From Basidiobolus meristosporus CBS 931.73 (lineage: Eukaryota; Fungi; Basidiobolomycota), in NCBI GenBank assembly GCA_002104905.1, contig MCFE01000221.1, positions 59,783 to 123,782 of the forward strand: 64,000 nt of DNA, written 5' to 3'. Made by a program: the position numbers and the translations under genes. How positions within the stretch are numbered: the stretch's first letter is position 1; the number at the start of each line of letters is the position of its first letter. Positions 26,157-39,047 of the stretch are shown piece by piece. The notes under the pieces were generated by a model that worked only from the letters and a program-made list of their open reading frames with translations, searched no databases and had not been told where the DNA came from.

Positions 26157-29100
26157 TCATTGGGTCCCAAATTGGGAAAACTCTAAATTCGCGAGTGAAT
26201 GAGTGAGTGCTACCAGGGGAATGAGAACATGGACCCGACGCCTACCTGAACCGAGCTCTTTCATGAGATGCGCCACACGCTCATCGTACCATTGAGCAGT
26301 CTACATGGAGATGTTTAGCTTTGGGTGGGGGCAGCTTGCACAAAACTTGGTACCTTCAGGGGAAGCTTTGAGGCGGGATTTTGGGCAAAGTACATTCGTA
26401 GCGCGCGTTCGCATATCGCATTGGCAGCCTTGGTGGTGCTTTGAGTGATAAACTCATCGGTGACTTTCAGGAAGAAGTGAATATCTAGAACCAGCTGATG
26501 GACCCCTGGAGGAAATGAAGGTTGAGCTACTGGCGTAGACACAAACGGCAATGATCACTCACCACCATAGCCGAAAGCTCTAGGTTGATGATCGTCACCC
26601 TCCCAGCACGGAGCTAGACAGAAAGAATAGGTGAGCTTGACGAAACACGCATGCACATGAAATCCCCAGTCACCATCGTTCATCGTGCGGAAAAACTGCT
26701 CAATAATCCCGGCAATAAATAAGCTTCTGTTGAGCGGCCATTGGGCCGCCTCTAAAGAGATATCGTGCATGTCTAGAATGAGCTACCATCAAAGAGTTAT
26801 TGACATGTCGCTTGCTGGATCCAGCGGGGAGGGCATACTTTAATGATTTGATCACAGGGGACCGCATCCTCTCCAATATCCTCGGACTATATGAACGCAA
26901 GGCTCGTCAGATCGACGGATCTATGGGCCAGTGGATCCCGCGACGTTACCTGAGAGTAGTCAATGTCAGCGAATCTGTATGTACTTTCAACGAGGGAGTG
27001 GCATCGGCGTAGACAATAGATGTCCGTGAGTGTCGACTGATACCCTGGTGGTTATGGCATCAGTATCAGTATCGCGTGGTAGCCTCAGATGAGGTACTTA
27101 CCACTCATTCGACTCTTCAGTCCCTGGAGCTCTGAAATAGAGCCGTGGTATAATTCCTGGTGCTCGTTAGCGAAAGGACAAGAGGTTGCTCTACCATCTA
27201 CTTACTGATAAGTACGCGGCTACAGAGGGGAGGACGCTCTCAAGAATGAAGCTGGCGTCTGCGACAATGCCGAAGCTCTAGTGCAACAGGCGGGGGTTAG
27301 CGGTTGGCTAGGTTCGAAGCATCCAAGTGCAGCCCTACCTGCTGATCGGATAGCGAGGAGCTTTTGCAGTGAATCATCAGGTTCTTCAAGTATCCCTCAA
27401 AAAGGGCCACAATGCTTCCAATCACCTTGGGATAAAGCTTGAAATTCAAGATCAGTCAACTGAACGTAGCCCGCGTGAGCGAAGGGGGATTACCGTTGGG
27501 TTACTGATCACGGCAATTTCCTTGACAAACGAAAACACCGACTTGTAGAAGTAGAAGGAGCTTGTGGTCAACCTGCTGTCTTTGTCTGCAAAGGAGGGTT
27601 AATGCTTGTGGCTGCATACTTCTGATGAGCTCCAAAGGTCCTACCAAGCAAAGAATAGGGATCCTGGCTAATCACATCCAATGAAACCAACTCGAAAGTA
27701 TCTTTGGACAACTCGCGGTTGAATCCGTCAAGGTAACGCTTCTCATGGTTGCTGATGGTTTCCACGAGGTTGGGAAGGAAGATCTTGTCGATCAGGAAGC
27801 TTAAATCGACGCCCACCTCGCGCAGCTGTAATTCAAACGGGTATTAATCGACCATCGATGCTGCAATCAGGAAGGCTAGGAACCTTTTTGCATTGCTCCG
27901 AGGCATAGTTCAAGCCATCGGCTATCACTTGCATTGGCTGCTCATGATGGAACATTTGTTTACGGAAGATCTCGGCGTATTTTTCAATCTCCTCCTTTAC
28001 CCACTTCACAAGCGCTGGTGCACAGTTAATGTCATGGTCGGATTAGTCGAGGTGATGGATCGTACCTGAGCTCATCGACGCATCACGAAACGAGGCCATA
28101 AACCATTCGCAAGTGTTCCGGATCAGCGTGAATACAACCAAGAAGAGCTCTTTGATGTAGCGCGTGACGTCTCCCTCGAGCTGGATCTGTCTATTTGCGC
28201 AGAGAAGTTTAGAACAGGTCAAGACTGCGCATCCAAATGACCAAACCTTGTTCGATGGCGAATGGTGGAGCTGCGCCCACCTAAGAAGGCCTCCTTTGCC
28301 TAAAAGCACGAGATGTCAACAACCAAGTAATCATTCGGATCCTCGGTGGCACTTACTTTGTCAGGATAGCCCAACCTCAAGAGCCAGCTTACATTTGCGC
28401 AATTTTGGGATTTAGTAAGCATAGGGTTCATCATGTCGTGCGATATAACTGAGACGAGGTTGGCCACTCGATCCTCGATTCTCTTGTTGACCGCCTTCAT
28501 TTGGGTGCCTTCGGCGGTGCACAGCCGGAGGATTTTTCTAGCTGATCACACAGTTTAGCAGGCTGCAGGTATCCAGTCAGCAAGCACGTTTGCTCACCTT
28601 CTTCGGAGCAATGAACAGCAGCTTCAAACTCGCGCTGCGCTATATGGACATCCAGCTCGTCCGAAACATCGGCGATCCTCTTCATTTCAGCTTTGGAGAG
28701 CTCTCGTTTGGTGGGAACACTGGCACCCAGCGATTTCTTGGGAGAAACTGGCAACAAGCTTGAGAATCTACAGAGCCTTAGCCGACCAACAATCTGTGCA
28801 TAGTTACCTGACACTTCCCTAGCCATTTCGATCTTCAATTCCTCAACGGTCCGCTTCAGCTTCTTCAGGAAATCCCGCTTCATATCTGGAGTATCGCTGC
28901 AAAAGATGAAGGACTCCGGCGGTCTGATCACTTTGAAAGCGTTCTTCAACTCTACGAGGAAAGGTGGTGAGCGATGTGCGTGAGCAGTCAAGATGCACTT
29001 CGTTGGGCGTACTTGAAACATCCCGAATGTCCGTCACGGCGATTTCCGACAATTTCCAGCAGGTCTGAGCAACCAGGCGAGTCTTGGAGGCTTGGACGCC

Positions 29101-30009
29101 TTCCTTCTGGGCAGCAATCAGAAGAACATCACTACACAAGTACAAGTTCACGTTCTGCTTGTGCCGAAGCGTCCCTGCTTGCAGTTCCTTGATTCCTGGG
29201 CATTCGAGCACGAGTGTGCGGGACGGATGGTGGGGAAGTAGTTTCTAACATAGATTAGTTAGTAATGGACTCTGCCGCGGATCGCTGCAACTCAATCGCC
29301 TCGTACTTCCGCCCCGTCGACATTTCTCCAGATCGCTGCTGTCTGTGTTTTCCAAACGTCGGCATTATCATTCCCGATGTAGCTCTTGTCTGATGAGCCA
29401 TTATCTGAATAAGACGCATACAAGGAGAGATTGAGTTAGAACACCATCCCGCGGCCAGCCGGTGAGCAGAAATGGCTTCACCTTTTCCATCAGCGCCGTT
29501 TCCCTCTATTAGCATGTCGGTGGTGCTTCTGATGTCGGCAAGTCTATCCTTTAGAGTTAACATGTCCGATTCGAGCTGGGAGATCTCTTTAGAAATGACA
29601 ACAAATTCGTTGTAATTTTGATACACATTGTCTTTCAAGTTGTGGGAACTGAGCTCCTTCGCTTCCTGAAGAGACCGGTAAAAGCCCCTCAAGGATTCTT
29701 CGTTGACGCTCAGCAAAGTCTCGTTGATGTCTGCGGGTAACAAGGATTGTTGGCAACTGGGGGAGAGGGGTGGCAAAGTCACCAGATGTACTTACAAGCC
29801 TCGGCTTCAAAGTTGCTCAGCAAAAATTTGTCCACATCTATGGCAGGGATTTCAACACCCACTCCAGAATCATGGTGGCTACGCACTATGGTTTTGGTTC
29901 GCATTGGTAATTGGTGCCCATTTGTTTTGAAATCCGAGGTAATCTGTGGGGCAGTACGGATGTGACGTTTATCTCGTTTGATTTTGATGGGTTTGTTGGG
30001 CTGAGACAT
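26157..30009 (-). CDS. EXO84: Exocyst complex component Exo84 (multi-intron)
   Basis: Vps51-like coiled coil NLKDNVYQNYNEFVVISKEISQLESDM, PH domain (LYLCSDVLLIA...KNAFKV...SDTPDMKRDFL) and DELDVHIAQREFEAAV followed by a helical C-terminus. The 3' end is approximate. Confidence 0.85.
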
Positions 30010-30380
30010 GGAGGCCGGGTATACCAGTTACTTTGGCGGCTTGGAAGAAAACAAAACTACGATACCTTTGGTCGTAACAAATATAGTCTGGGTAGGGCAC
30101 TCTCCAGACTTGTGACTGATAATGCAACCTGAGAGCTTCGTACACAGCGTAATAGTATTTCTGAACTGAGTCAAGTAACCTTCGCCAATTGCCAATGAAT
30201 GTTGACCGGAATTTAATCAAACTCTACCCATTGGGCTGTGACTACTAGTCGAATGCGTATTCTCGATGCTCGACACCCAGGTTTTCGGTGATTCTCAATG
30301 ATCGGAATATCCGAAATTTTCATAACACTAGACCAGAACTTGCGAACTCACCAACCCCAAGTTGCCCAGGTTGTTTCAAC

Positions 30381-31265
30381 ATGGTAAGCCCTGTCGCTTC
30401 ATAAACCACGCCCACGAGCTTTTCTTCTAAGATTCCTGCCTGCAGTCAGTCACTTTACACACGGATCTAGGCGATCTCAAGATTGAGGTCTTTTGCGAAG
30501 CAGTTCCCAAGACAGCCGAGGTACAGAGTTGTTTCCACGCCAAACCCCGCTTTCATTAGTTCACCATAACTCATCCCACGCCTTTGCAACACGTGCAGAA
30601 CTTTCTTGCTTTATGTGCTAGCGGATATTACGACAACAACCTCTTCCACAGAAACATCAAAGGCTTCATGCTTCAGGTAAGCCGTTGCTCCCTGCCCCTA
30701 AACCCTCGCTCCACACAGAGAACTTACCTGACCTTCAACCATACTTTCCATAGACCGGTGATCCAACAGGTCGGTGACAGATATTTTCAAAAGCGAGAGA
30801 ACTGGTCAATTTACTAAAGACGTATCTTAGGCACTGGCAAAGGTGGCAATTCCATTTGGGGCAAAAAGTTCAACGATGAGATTCGGAGCACGCTAAAGGT
30901 AGGTTGTTTGGAGGACAAGCCCTGTCACTGTCCAGTATCCTTAGCCTCTTATGATTAGCACAACGCACGCGGAATTGTTAGTATGGCTAACTCGGGCCCT
31001 GACACCAACGGGTCGCAGTTTTTCATCATTTACAACAAGCAACCGCACTTGGACACGAAGTACACTGTGTTTGGGAAGTAAGTGCGAATTTCTCGATTGC
31101 CCGCATAGCGGCGGCCTCTCTAATCTATGTGACAATAGAGTGATTGATGGAGCAGACACCACCTTGGACAGCATAGAAAAGGTCACTGTGGACGAGAAGA
31201 ACAGGCCGATTCAAGACATTCGTATTCGCACAGTGACCATCCATGCCAACCCTCTGGCCGAATAG
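30381..31265 (+). CDS. PPIL3: Cyclophilin-type PPIase, PPIL3/Cyp10-like
   Basis: ATG|gtaagc, then [30 protein letters not shown]...[25 protein letters not shown] and TIHANPLA*. Confidence 0.92.
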
Positions 31266-31491
31266 TCTGCCCGCCGCCGCCACCACCCACCTCATGGAAT
31301 CATCTCCACCATAGACAGTGACCAGCGGGAACTTTGTATGATAAACCATTTATACGGGAATAAAGTAGCATCCACTGAATTGTGGACAAACTTGATTAAG
31401 ATGGTTTTTTTTTCTTGAATTATTTACGGGTGCCTCGGTTGGACCTGGTGAGGACCGACTTTGTCGTTGGAGAGAACCCGTATTCATAGGA

Positions 31492-32653
31492 ATGGCCAAT
31501 AGCAAACAAGAAGAGCTCCAGGTGGAATTGAGGAAGCTGGTCGATTCCACCATCGAGGTGTCGCACAACCTTTTCTTCGACTATGACAAGGTGGTCAACG
31601 GGGAAGATTCGGAAAACACCGCCAGATACACCTCCCCCGACACTCTGGGTAAGTCAGGATTTATCCACCGGGATGTACACAACTGTTCTCACAAACTTAA
31701 CCCTCCGGCATCTCTCTTCCTTAGAGGCCCTCGGAAAGCTGCTTTCCCACGACGCCACCAAGCTCAGCCTGGCGTGTAAACCACCGGTGGATGATGCCGC
31801 GCCTGGAATCAAGGTGTGTCAATCCTTGGCGGAAAACACCGCCAAACTGGTGGCCCACGCCTCCCAGCCCATTCTGGAAACCTCCACAGGAAAGGAGGTC
31901 TCTTTCGAAGGACTGGGTGGAAAGACCCTTGCCTCGGAGGTCCAGGCGGTTGTCCAAAAGATCCTTAGCTCCGTCGCGTCACTGGCAAACTCGTTCCTGG
32001 ATTCCCCCGTCCAACTGGAGGCGGAAGCGTCCCAGCATGGGTTCTTGGTATCATCAGGAAAGCTCTGGGAATCCTGCGACATGATTCCCAAACTCTCACA
32101 CAACAACCGCGATGCAGTGAAGAAGCGGTGGAAGGAGCTCGAGGAGCTATTGCTGGATGTGGCGAACGAGTTTTCCGAGATGATCTCCAACACGGACGAC
32201 GACGAGGAAGGGGAGGACGAAGGCGAGGAATTCGACGATGGCTGGGGAGAGATCTTGGGCGATGTGAAGTTCAGCAAGAGTGAAAAGCAGATCGCCCAAA
32301 ACTTCCATTCTCTGCTGGCGCCCACTCGTCTTCTCTACAGGAAGGTCCTTAAGCGCGGCATCGAAGAGTGTCCCCTCAAAACCCAGGAGCAAGTGAACTG
32401 GCTGGATACCGTGCTGGATGTAGGCAAGGCCACCCTGGAACAGGCCGATGAGATCGGAAGCGCACTCTGGGAGCATCAACCGGAGCAATCCATCATCTCA
32501 AGAATCTCCGACTTCAATGGCAAGATCAGCGAGCTGATCAACGTGGCCACCATGTACGTGGAATCTGAGGAGCACACCCAATGGTACGCCAAGCTTTCGG
32601 AGAAGTACGCCAAGACGTTCGAAACCGTCTTGAACTCCAACTCCCCCCGTTAA
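31492..32653 (+). CDS. GCIP/CCNDBP1-like (Grap2 and cyclin-D-interacting) helical protein
   Basis: LLSHDATKLSLA, GKTLASEV, GKLWESCD...NNRDAV...LLDVANEF and an acidic stretch EEFDDGWGE. One intron at ~31650-31725. Confidence 0.7.
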
Positions 32654-32946
32654 CCAGCGTTGTAAAAGTATCAATAAACTGCCCCCTCAATCGACCTACG
32701 AGTGTACCTAATCAATCAATAAACTGCCCTCTCAATCGACTTATTCGCTGGGGTTTATTTGGTGTGGTTTTGAATGGGATAGATGTATTAGAAACTGGGT
32801 TGGTATCTACTACAGGGTTCATCGAATATATTATGAGGTAGAAGGGTGGCGGAAGTGTTCAAAGAATTAGTGATTTACATAGATCTAACCCCGACCAACC
32901 CTGACGAGCATAGGGTTAATGGAAGGGTATGGGACTTTGGCGGAGT

Positions 32947-34183
32947 CTATTCCTCCATGTCGTCATCGCTAACGAATTCAACATCTTCATCGATGATTTC
33001 CTCCTCCTCAACACTAGGCCCGACTACTGAAATAACCACCTGCAACAACTCCTGGCAATGCTGCAAGATTCCCTCATCCTCACTGCCCAGCTTGTGATAG
33101 TACTACATAGAGAAGCCCCAGGTTAATGTATCTTCAGGATAATAATCCCTCCAGCTAGGATGCCTTACCTTGATCGCACTCTCCAGGCAGTCACGAGCGT
33201 CTTCCCAGGAGCTGGCCTTCTCCTCGTCGCTCTTATCTTCACCTAGAAGATAGTAAGCCCAGCCATAAAGGTACCAAAGCTCAACCACCTCATCGTCCTC
33301 TTTCTGCAGACCCTCCAGGACATTGAGCGCAACATCGAAGAGACCCATCTCCATCAAGAGCTTGACCAAGCCGATTCTGGCGTCGTAGTTAGGAATACCA
33401 GGGTGACCTAGAATGAAGATTAACTACCGAAAGCCAGAAGCCTCGACAAAGAGAAGGTCCCACCTGGCTCGAGGTTACTCCAGAGAGACATGCTTTTCTC
33501 CAGAGCCTCCTTGGCGTCTTCGTTTCTTTGCTGACTCAAACGGATCGAGGCAAGTGTCTGATAGACCTCCGGGTTGTTGGGGTCAACCGTGATGGCACTG
33601 TTGACGAATGTTTCGCACTGAGATTCAGCGTTGGGCTCGAAGCTGGAGAAGCGGGTTAAGAAACGGACTTTGTCTACAAGAAGACACAACTTGACCTACC
33701 AACAGTCGGTCAGGTAAATCTCAGCCATGGAGCACAGAGCGGAAGAGATCTTTCTGGCCAACTCCAAAGCCTCGGGAGAGTTCTCCTGAAGGGTTTTCAG
33801 CTCCTCGCCCATGAGCTCAACGCCGCGGGAGAAAAACCCGACGGACTCAAGCTCGTGAGAAAGTTGGCCGAGGTACATGTACTTGGAGTACCCTTGGTCC
33901 GGGTTGAGCGAGACCGCTTTGAGAAGATGCTGTGGTAGAGCATTAGCACTGAGGTTGACAACAGGAGTAGGATACAACTTCAGGTATTTACCTCTCGAGC
34001 AGAATCAAAAGAACCGAGCTCCAATTCGACCACACCGGTCATCTCCAAAGCCTCGAGGTTGTTGGGGTCTTTTTCCAAAGCTTGGTTGCACAGATTATAG
34101 GCAACATCGTAATCACAGGACTCCACGTTGGTGGAGGCAAGCTTCAAGAGCTCAGCGATGGTGGATGCTTGCTCGGCGGCCAT
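32947..34183 (-). CDS. ACL4: TPR assembly chaperone of Rpl4
   Basis: TPR repeats with YSKYMYLGQLS, ALCSMAEIYLTDC, PEVYQTLASIRLSQQR and DDEVVELWYLYGWAYY; acidic C-terminus. Confidence 0.88.
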
Positions 34184-34554
34184 TGTCTATTAATTAGCTA
34201 TCTATAAAAGAGTCTACGTTTCTTAAGTTATTGGGACACTTTCCAACAAAGTGAGGGCTTTTTTTTTTGGTAAAGAAAAAGAAAGCACCTCATTGATGGA
34301 GAATCCCACCATATCCATATTCAAATGAACAGTCGGTTTTTCGAGAAATTGATTTCAATCGCTTTTGAATTTTTTTTGATCCAGCGCCTGAGCAGTATGT
34401 CTCGCGCTCAGTACAAGGGGTTATATAACTTCGCACAACATCAATAGAAATGCTTCAATCGCGGTAAAATATGGCTTAAATTCTTTATATACAGTATGAT
34501 TAAAATTAAACAATGCAGTCATCGATTTATTGAGACTAGTGAAAGTCAATAAAC

Positions 34555-35982
34555 TTAGTTCATTTGTCTGATCAAAGCGTTGATCTTGGTCTCACGGTCA
34601 CCGGCATCACCACCTTCGATGAAGTGGACAGCCTTCTTGCCGGACCAACCACCAGTGGGGTTGGAGAGCTTGAAGGGCCACAAGAAGTTGTTGACTTGCT
34701 TGAAGTTAGGACCGCAGGTGTAGATTTCGTGGATGAGATCTTCAATGCAAACGATTCCGAATTTACCGAGGGACTTCTCAATGATGGCGTTGTCGGTCAA
34801 GGCAATTCTTTGCTTGTTGATTTTGCCGTATCCGCGCTTGTAGATCAACTCACGAACAGACTTGAGGTTGGGCTCACCGAAGGAAACGTAAGGGCTGACA
34901 AGTTGGAGCATCTCCTTGGTGGCCTTGGTCAAACGGACGAAGACACCGTTGTTGATTTGGAGAAGACGCAACAATTGGAGGATCTTACGGGGCTTGGGAG
35001 CAATCTTGTTGATACCCTTGTTACGAATAACGAAGACAACCTTGGCTTGGGCAGGAACGTAGAAGTTTCCGTTGATCTTGGCCTGACGCTTAAGAGCAAC
35101 CTCTCTCTTTTGGGCTTGCTCGTATTCACGGGCATAATCAGCGGCCTTCTTGAAGATGACTTGACGCTTTTGTCTTTGAGCCTAGGAGATTAGGGTATAA
35201 ATAAATGGGGCAAAGATTGGGAAGATGGTTCAAGTGTTAAGCGATTCAGTCCCGAAAGATGGTTGACGATAACAACATCGCCGTAAGGCTAGTTATTCAT
35301 GGTTGTTGACATCACTAGCGCTTGTAACTTGTGACAATAAACGAATGATATGTACCTAGAAGATAAGTTTGATTATTAATCAGTTGCACTACAATGGGAT
35401 GGATGTGAAGTTGATCGATGGATGTCAGTCCCGAAAGATGGTTAACGAAAACAGCATCGTCGTTAGACTAGTTGCTCGGTTGTGTGTTTACATCATCAAA
35501 TCCATGATCAACTTGCACGATGTTGGATGGATAATTACCTTCTTCTTCTCGGCAAGAGAGACGGCGCTAGCAGCAGCAGCCTTCTTTTCGGCGGCTCTCT
35601 TCTTCAAGAGAGTTTCGGGAACAAGGATTTGCTCGACAGTGGCGGTGGTGCTAAAGAAAGTATCGTACGACGTTTAATCACTGGCTTATAACGTCGGATA
35701 TACCCAAGACAGGTGGATTCCGCCCGACGTATGGATTTAATCAGAGGATCACTCAAGTTGACAAACTTGCTTTTCCAATGACAATTCCTGAAACCTTGTG
35801 CTAACGGGAGCAAAGGAATCAGATCATAACCTTGGCAGGTCACTTGATAGTTTTCAAAAGAAAAGGAGGGGTCTCCTTTACTTTCAGTTCCTCGAACGAT
35901 GAACCATGTTCGAGACGTAGGGTACGATCCCTTTCTTTAGGGCGTTCAAATAGAATAACGTATTTGTTACTTACGCAGACAT
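34555..35982 (-). CDS. RPL7: 60S ribosomal protein L7 (uL30), two long introns
   Basis: MSA|[17 protein letters not shown]... and [14 protein letters not shown]...[12 protein letters not shown]...YKRGYGK...[11 protein letters not shown]...[15 protein letters not shown]. Confidence 0.97.
35240..35323 (-). ncRNA. Intronic box C/D snoRNA, copy 2 (LSU rRNA Gm805-equivalent guide; snR39B-like)
   Basis: Minus strand: C-like box GTGATGT, guide ACCATCTTTCGGGA, D box CTGA and terminal stem AAGCG/CGCTT. Confidence 0.75.
35421..35503 (-). ncRNA. Intronic box C/D snoRNA, copy 1 (LSU rRNA Gm805-equivalent guide; snR39B-like)
   Basis: Minus strand: C box TGATGA, guide ACCATCTTTCGGGA complementary to the conserved LSU CCCGAAAGAUGGU, D box CTGA and long flanking stem AAGTTGATC-ATGGAT / ATCCAT-GATCAACTT. 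Confidence 0.85.
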
Positions 35983-36128
35983 GTCTGTATTCCGAGGTAG
36001 AAGGAATGAAGGAATGAAGAGGCCGAATCATGGACCTGCAAGCTCCAATTTAAGCTCGATTCCAGTGAGAAAAAAAACGCACAGCCAATCAGTACAGTTC
36101 CCTATTGGAGGGGACACTGCACTCCCTG

Positions 36129-36162
36129 GCTAACCCTAGTCCAATCTAACCCTAACCCTAAC
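36129..36162. promoter_or_regulatory. Telomere-repeat (telo-box/Tbf1-like) motifs in the divergent RPL7-DPH7 promoter
   Basis: GCTAACCCTAG and CTAACCCTAACCCTAAC lie in the ~250-bp region between the two start codons. Function is inferred. Confidence 0.55.
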
Positions 36163-36228
36163 ATTTGTGTGGTGCACAATTGATAGTTTTGTGATGATGT
36201 TTCGTACGGGTTACTAAACCTAGAGAAT

Positions 36229-37808
36229 ATGTCGGAGGTAAACCAGTGCAATTCATTATTCCACTTGGATACGGAATATAGTGCAGATTCAATAGAAGGC
36301 TGCCCGATACCTGGGTACTCGGACTTCTTGGTCTGTGGTACCTACCAATTGAAAAAGCCTGAGATAGACGAGCAGGATACAGAGGTCGCCGAAGGGGATG
36401 AGGAGGAAGAAAAGTCTGATAAACCGATGAAACGCGTTGGTAGACTCTTGTCGTACCTGATCCAGGATGGTGAGAGCCCCGAGCTGTAAGGACGCTACTC
36501 AGTTAACAAATTAATCTTCGGTTCAATATACTAAACACAGTGGTGTCTTCGAAGCATCGAGAAATGCCGGATCGAAACCGCGGCCATTCTAGATCTCAAA
36601 TGGTGAATTATTCACTTTAGCCCGGGTAATCACCTTTTCTAACTCAGTATGTATAGGTGCCACCATGCAATTAATGACTTGCCAGTACTAGGCCAGGTAG
36701 ATTCAATCGGCAACCTTAGCTTATACACCTTGAACAAAGAGGGAGGGTTATCACTGTTGGACGAATATTCAACCAATGACGAAGGTGTTTTAAGTTTATC
36801 GCTGGACTGGTCCAACCGCGTCTCGGGAAGGTAGAGCCACAAATTGACATTCACCACCATCACCAATGTATCAACAATTCTGGAAATGATCTAGTGCACC
36901 TCAGATAGTAGTCAGTCAAAGCGACGGCCAAATAATCTTGTTCGACCATGGAGAACGGGGGTTGACTGTTGTTGACCAATGGAAAGGCCACGACTTAGAA
37001 GCCTGGATTGCTGGCTTTGACTATTGGAACACAAACACAATATTCACCGGTAACCTTTCGCATCGGCCAATTCTTGGTGACCAACACGCCATTGCTCACC
37101 TCAACACTTGCAGGAGCGGACGATTGTAAATTCAAGGTCTGGGACGCCAGACTTGGCTTTACAGCGCCCACGTTGACCAGTAAAATGTAGGGTATTACTG
37201 GCAAATGCATGTAATACAACATATGATCCTTATATCAATTTAGTCATCAGGCTGGCGTTTGCAGCGTGCAATCCAATCCCCATCAGGAGCACTTGCTAGC
37301 AACGGGAAGGTACAGACACTCTGTTTGGGCGATCAGTTGCAATGAGCTAAACTATTTGTAATCTTCAGCTATGATGAAAACGTGTATATTTGGGACACAC
37401 GGTCAATGCGCCGCCCTCTCCAAGATGTTCACGTTGGCGGGGGTGTCTGGAGGCTCAAGTGGCATCCCACTGAGGCCAACACTCTTTTAGCTGGCTGCAT
37501 GCACAACGGTTTCCATATCTTGGATATCGAGGGCTTTGAGTCAGGTAAATCTTGCAGCGTAGGATTCCGCAGTTCGAAGATAACTCAACCTTCTTGAAAC
37601 CCCAGGGAACCTGAGCTCGCAGGTAAGAAGTAGCTTCATGGCCCATGAATCATTGGCATATGGTTGTGACTGGTCGTACCAGCCCAACTCGAATTTGGTG
37701 GCCAGCTGCTCATTCTACGATCACGTGCTTCATCTATGGTATGATCCCCGTGCATCCAAGCCGATCGACACAAAGGATACTAACCTTCGAGTTGCTTCCG
37801 ATTACTAG
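36229..37808 (+). CDS. DPH7: Diphthine methyl ester hydrolase, WD40 (multi-intron)
   Basis: [13 protein letters not shown]...[62 protein letters not shown] and SCSFYDH. Confidence 0.92.
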
Positions 37809-37894
37809 GGATCGAACTCAATGATATGCAATAGACTTAACTGAATAGTCATTTATTATGTATTGACGGTCAAATAAAAAACCACTCATTCGAT

Positions 37895-38611
37895 TTAGAA
37901 CTTCATAGCATGAGGTGCTTGGCCCTTTCTAAGGGTGAAGGAAGCATTCAAGTATGAGCGAAGGTGAGGAACTTGAGCGACGGCAGCAAGGATCTCCTTG
38001 TCAACGGACTTTTGGTCAGCAGCACGAGATTCAGAGATGACCTTCTTCTTTTGCTCTTCACCGAAGAATTCCTCCTCAGTACCCTTGGCCTTGGGAGCCT
38101 TCTCCTTCTTGAAGTAGGCATCATCGAACTTGGCGTCGATGGTGACGTTGCTCAAGTCAACCTTGGTGGAGGTGGCGACAACATAGGCTTGGTTGACGCG
38201 TCTAAGAGGAACACCGTTCACCTTGTAGGGACCAGTGACCAACAAGAGGCCAGAAGCGAGTTGCTTCAAGAAGACAACTCTCTTACCGCGGAAACGACCG
38301 GACAAAAGAACAAGGACGGTTCCGGGGGTGATGGAAGCGCGAAGCTTGGTGGGCTTGGCGGTCTTGCGAGAGGTCTTGGGTTGAGCGACATCCTCAGCAG
38401 GGTACCAGCGGGAAGCCTTGTTCAAAGCAACAACACGCTCGTTGCCGTTCTTCTCACCGTTGACCTTGACAGTCTTGGTGGTGGCAGGAGCAGCAGCGGA
38501 CTTCTCAGCAGCGACCTTTTGCTTCTTGTAAAGGGCACGCTTGGAGAAAGCGCTGGAGCGAGAGAGGCGGGTGATGCCAGGAGCAATGAAAGAGTTACGA
38601 GGGTTGTGCAT
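37895..38611 (-). CDS. RPL6: 60S ribosomal protein L6 (eL6)
   Basis: LRASITPGTVLVLLSGRFRGKRVVFLKQLASGLLLVTGPYKVNGVPLRRVNQAYVVATSTK...PHAMKF. A probable 5'-UTR intron lies just upstream of the ATG. Confidence 0.97.
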   Translation of the reverse strand: MHNPRNSFIAPGITRLSRSSAFSKRALYKKQKVAAEKSAAAPATTKTVKVNGEKNGNERVVALNKASRWYPAEDVAQPKTSRKTAKPTKLRASITPGTVLVLLSGRFRGKRVVFLKQLASGLLLVTGPYKVNGVPLRRVNQAYVVATSTKVDLSNVTIDAKFDDAYFKKEKAPKAKGTEEEFFGEEQKKKVISESRAADQKSVDKEILAAVAQVPHLRSYLNASFTLRKGQAPHAMKF

Positions 38612-38973
38612 CTTTAAACCACTAAAAACGAGTAGAAGAGCTTAGTAAGCAGCCTAGATTGATGTATGGATCGATGGGTATTGAATGGATTGCGATTTCA
38701 TGTAACACGGCTACACGTCTACATGATTCGAAGGCGGTTCGTGACGCACTCATATGAAGAAGGATGCGATACTTACCAGTGTTGGAGTATCAACAATGAC
38801 CACTCTTGTGTGGATGGAGGAGAGAAAGCACACTAATGTTTTGCCGAAGTCATTTATTCCTCGGAATGTTCAGCAACAATATAGAAGCAATTTTGTGGAA
38901 GCCACCAATCATTCTCATGCACTGAGGAAACCAACAAAATTTTGATGATCGTCGCTGAAAATTTTCACAGCCC

Positions 38974-39047
38974 AAACCCTAAGCAGGGATCCGCACCATT
39001 GAGCTTAACAAAGCAACCTTCGGCCCAAGTGTGAGTTAGGGTTAGGG
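38974..39047. promoter_or_regulatory. Telomere-repeat (telo-box/Tbf1-like) motifs in the divergent RPL6-eIF3e promoter
   Basis: AAACCCTAA at 38974 and GTTAGGGTTAGGG at 39035. Function is inferred. Confidence 0.55.

Noticed and set aside
18672-32745. Small direct repeats (24 bp at 18672, ~27 bp at 32670-32745) and (TA)n microsatellites at ~22860 and ~26100
   Set aside because: These are ordinary slippage products in intergenic or 3' regions.
35651-35974. Possible additional snoRNA in RPL7 intron 1 (CTGA boxes, CTCGAAC/GTTCGAG hairpin)
   Set aside because: I could not pair a convincing C box, guide and terminal stem. An Infernal/snoscan search would be needed.
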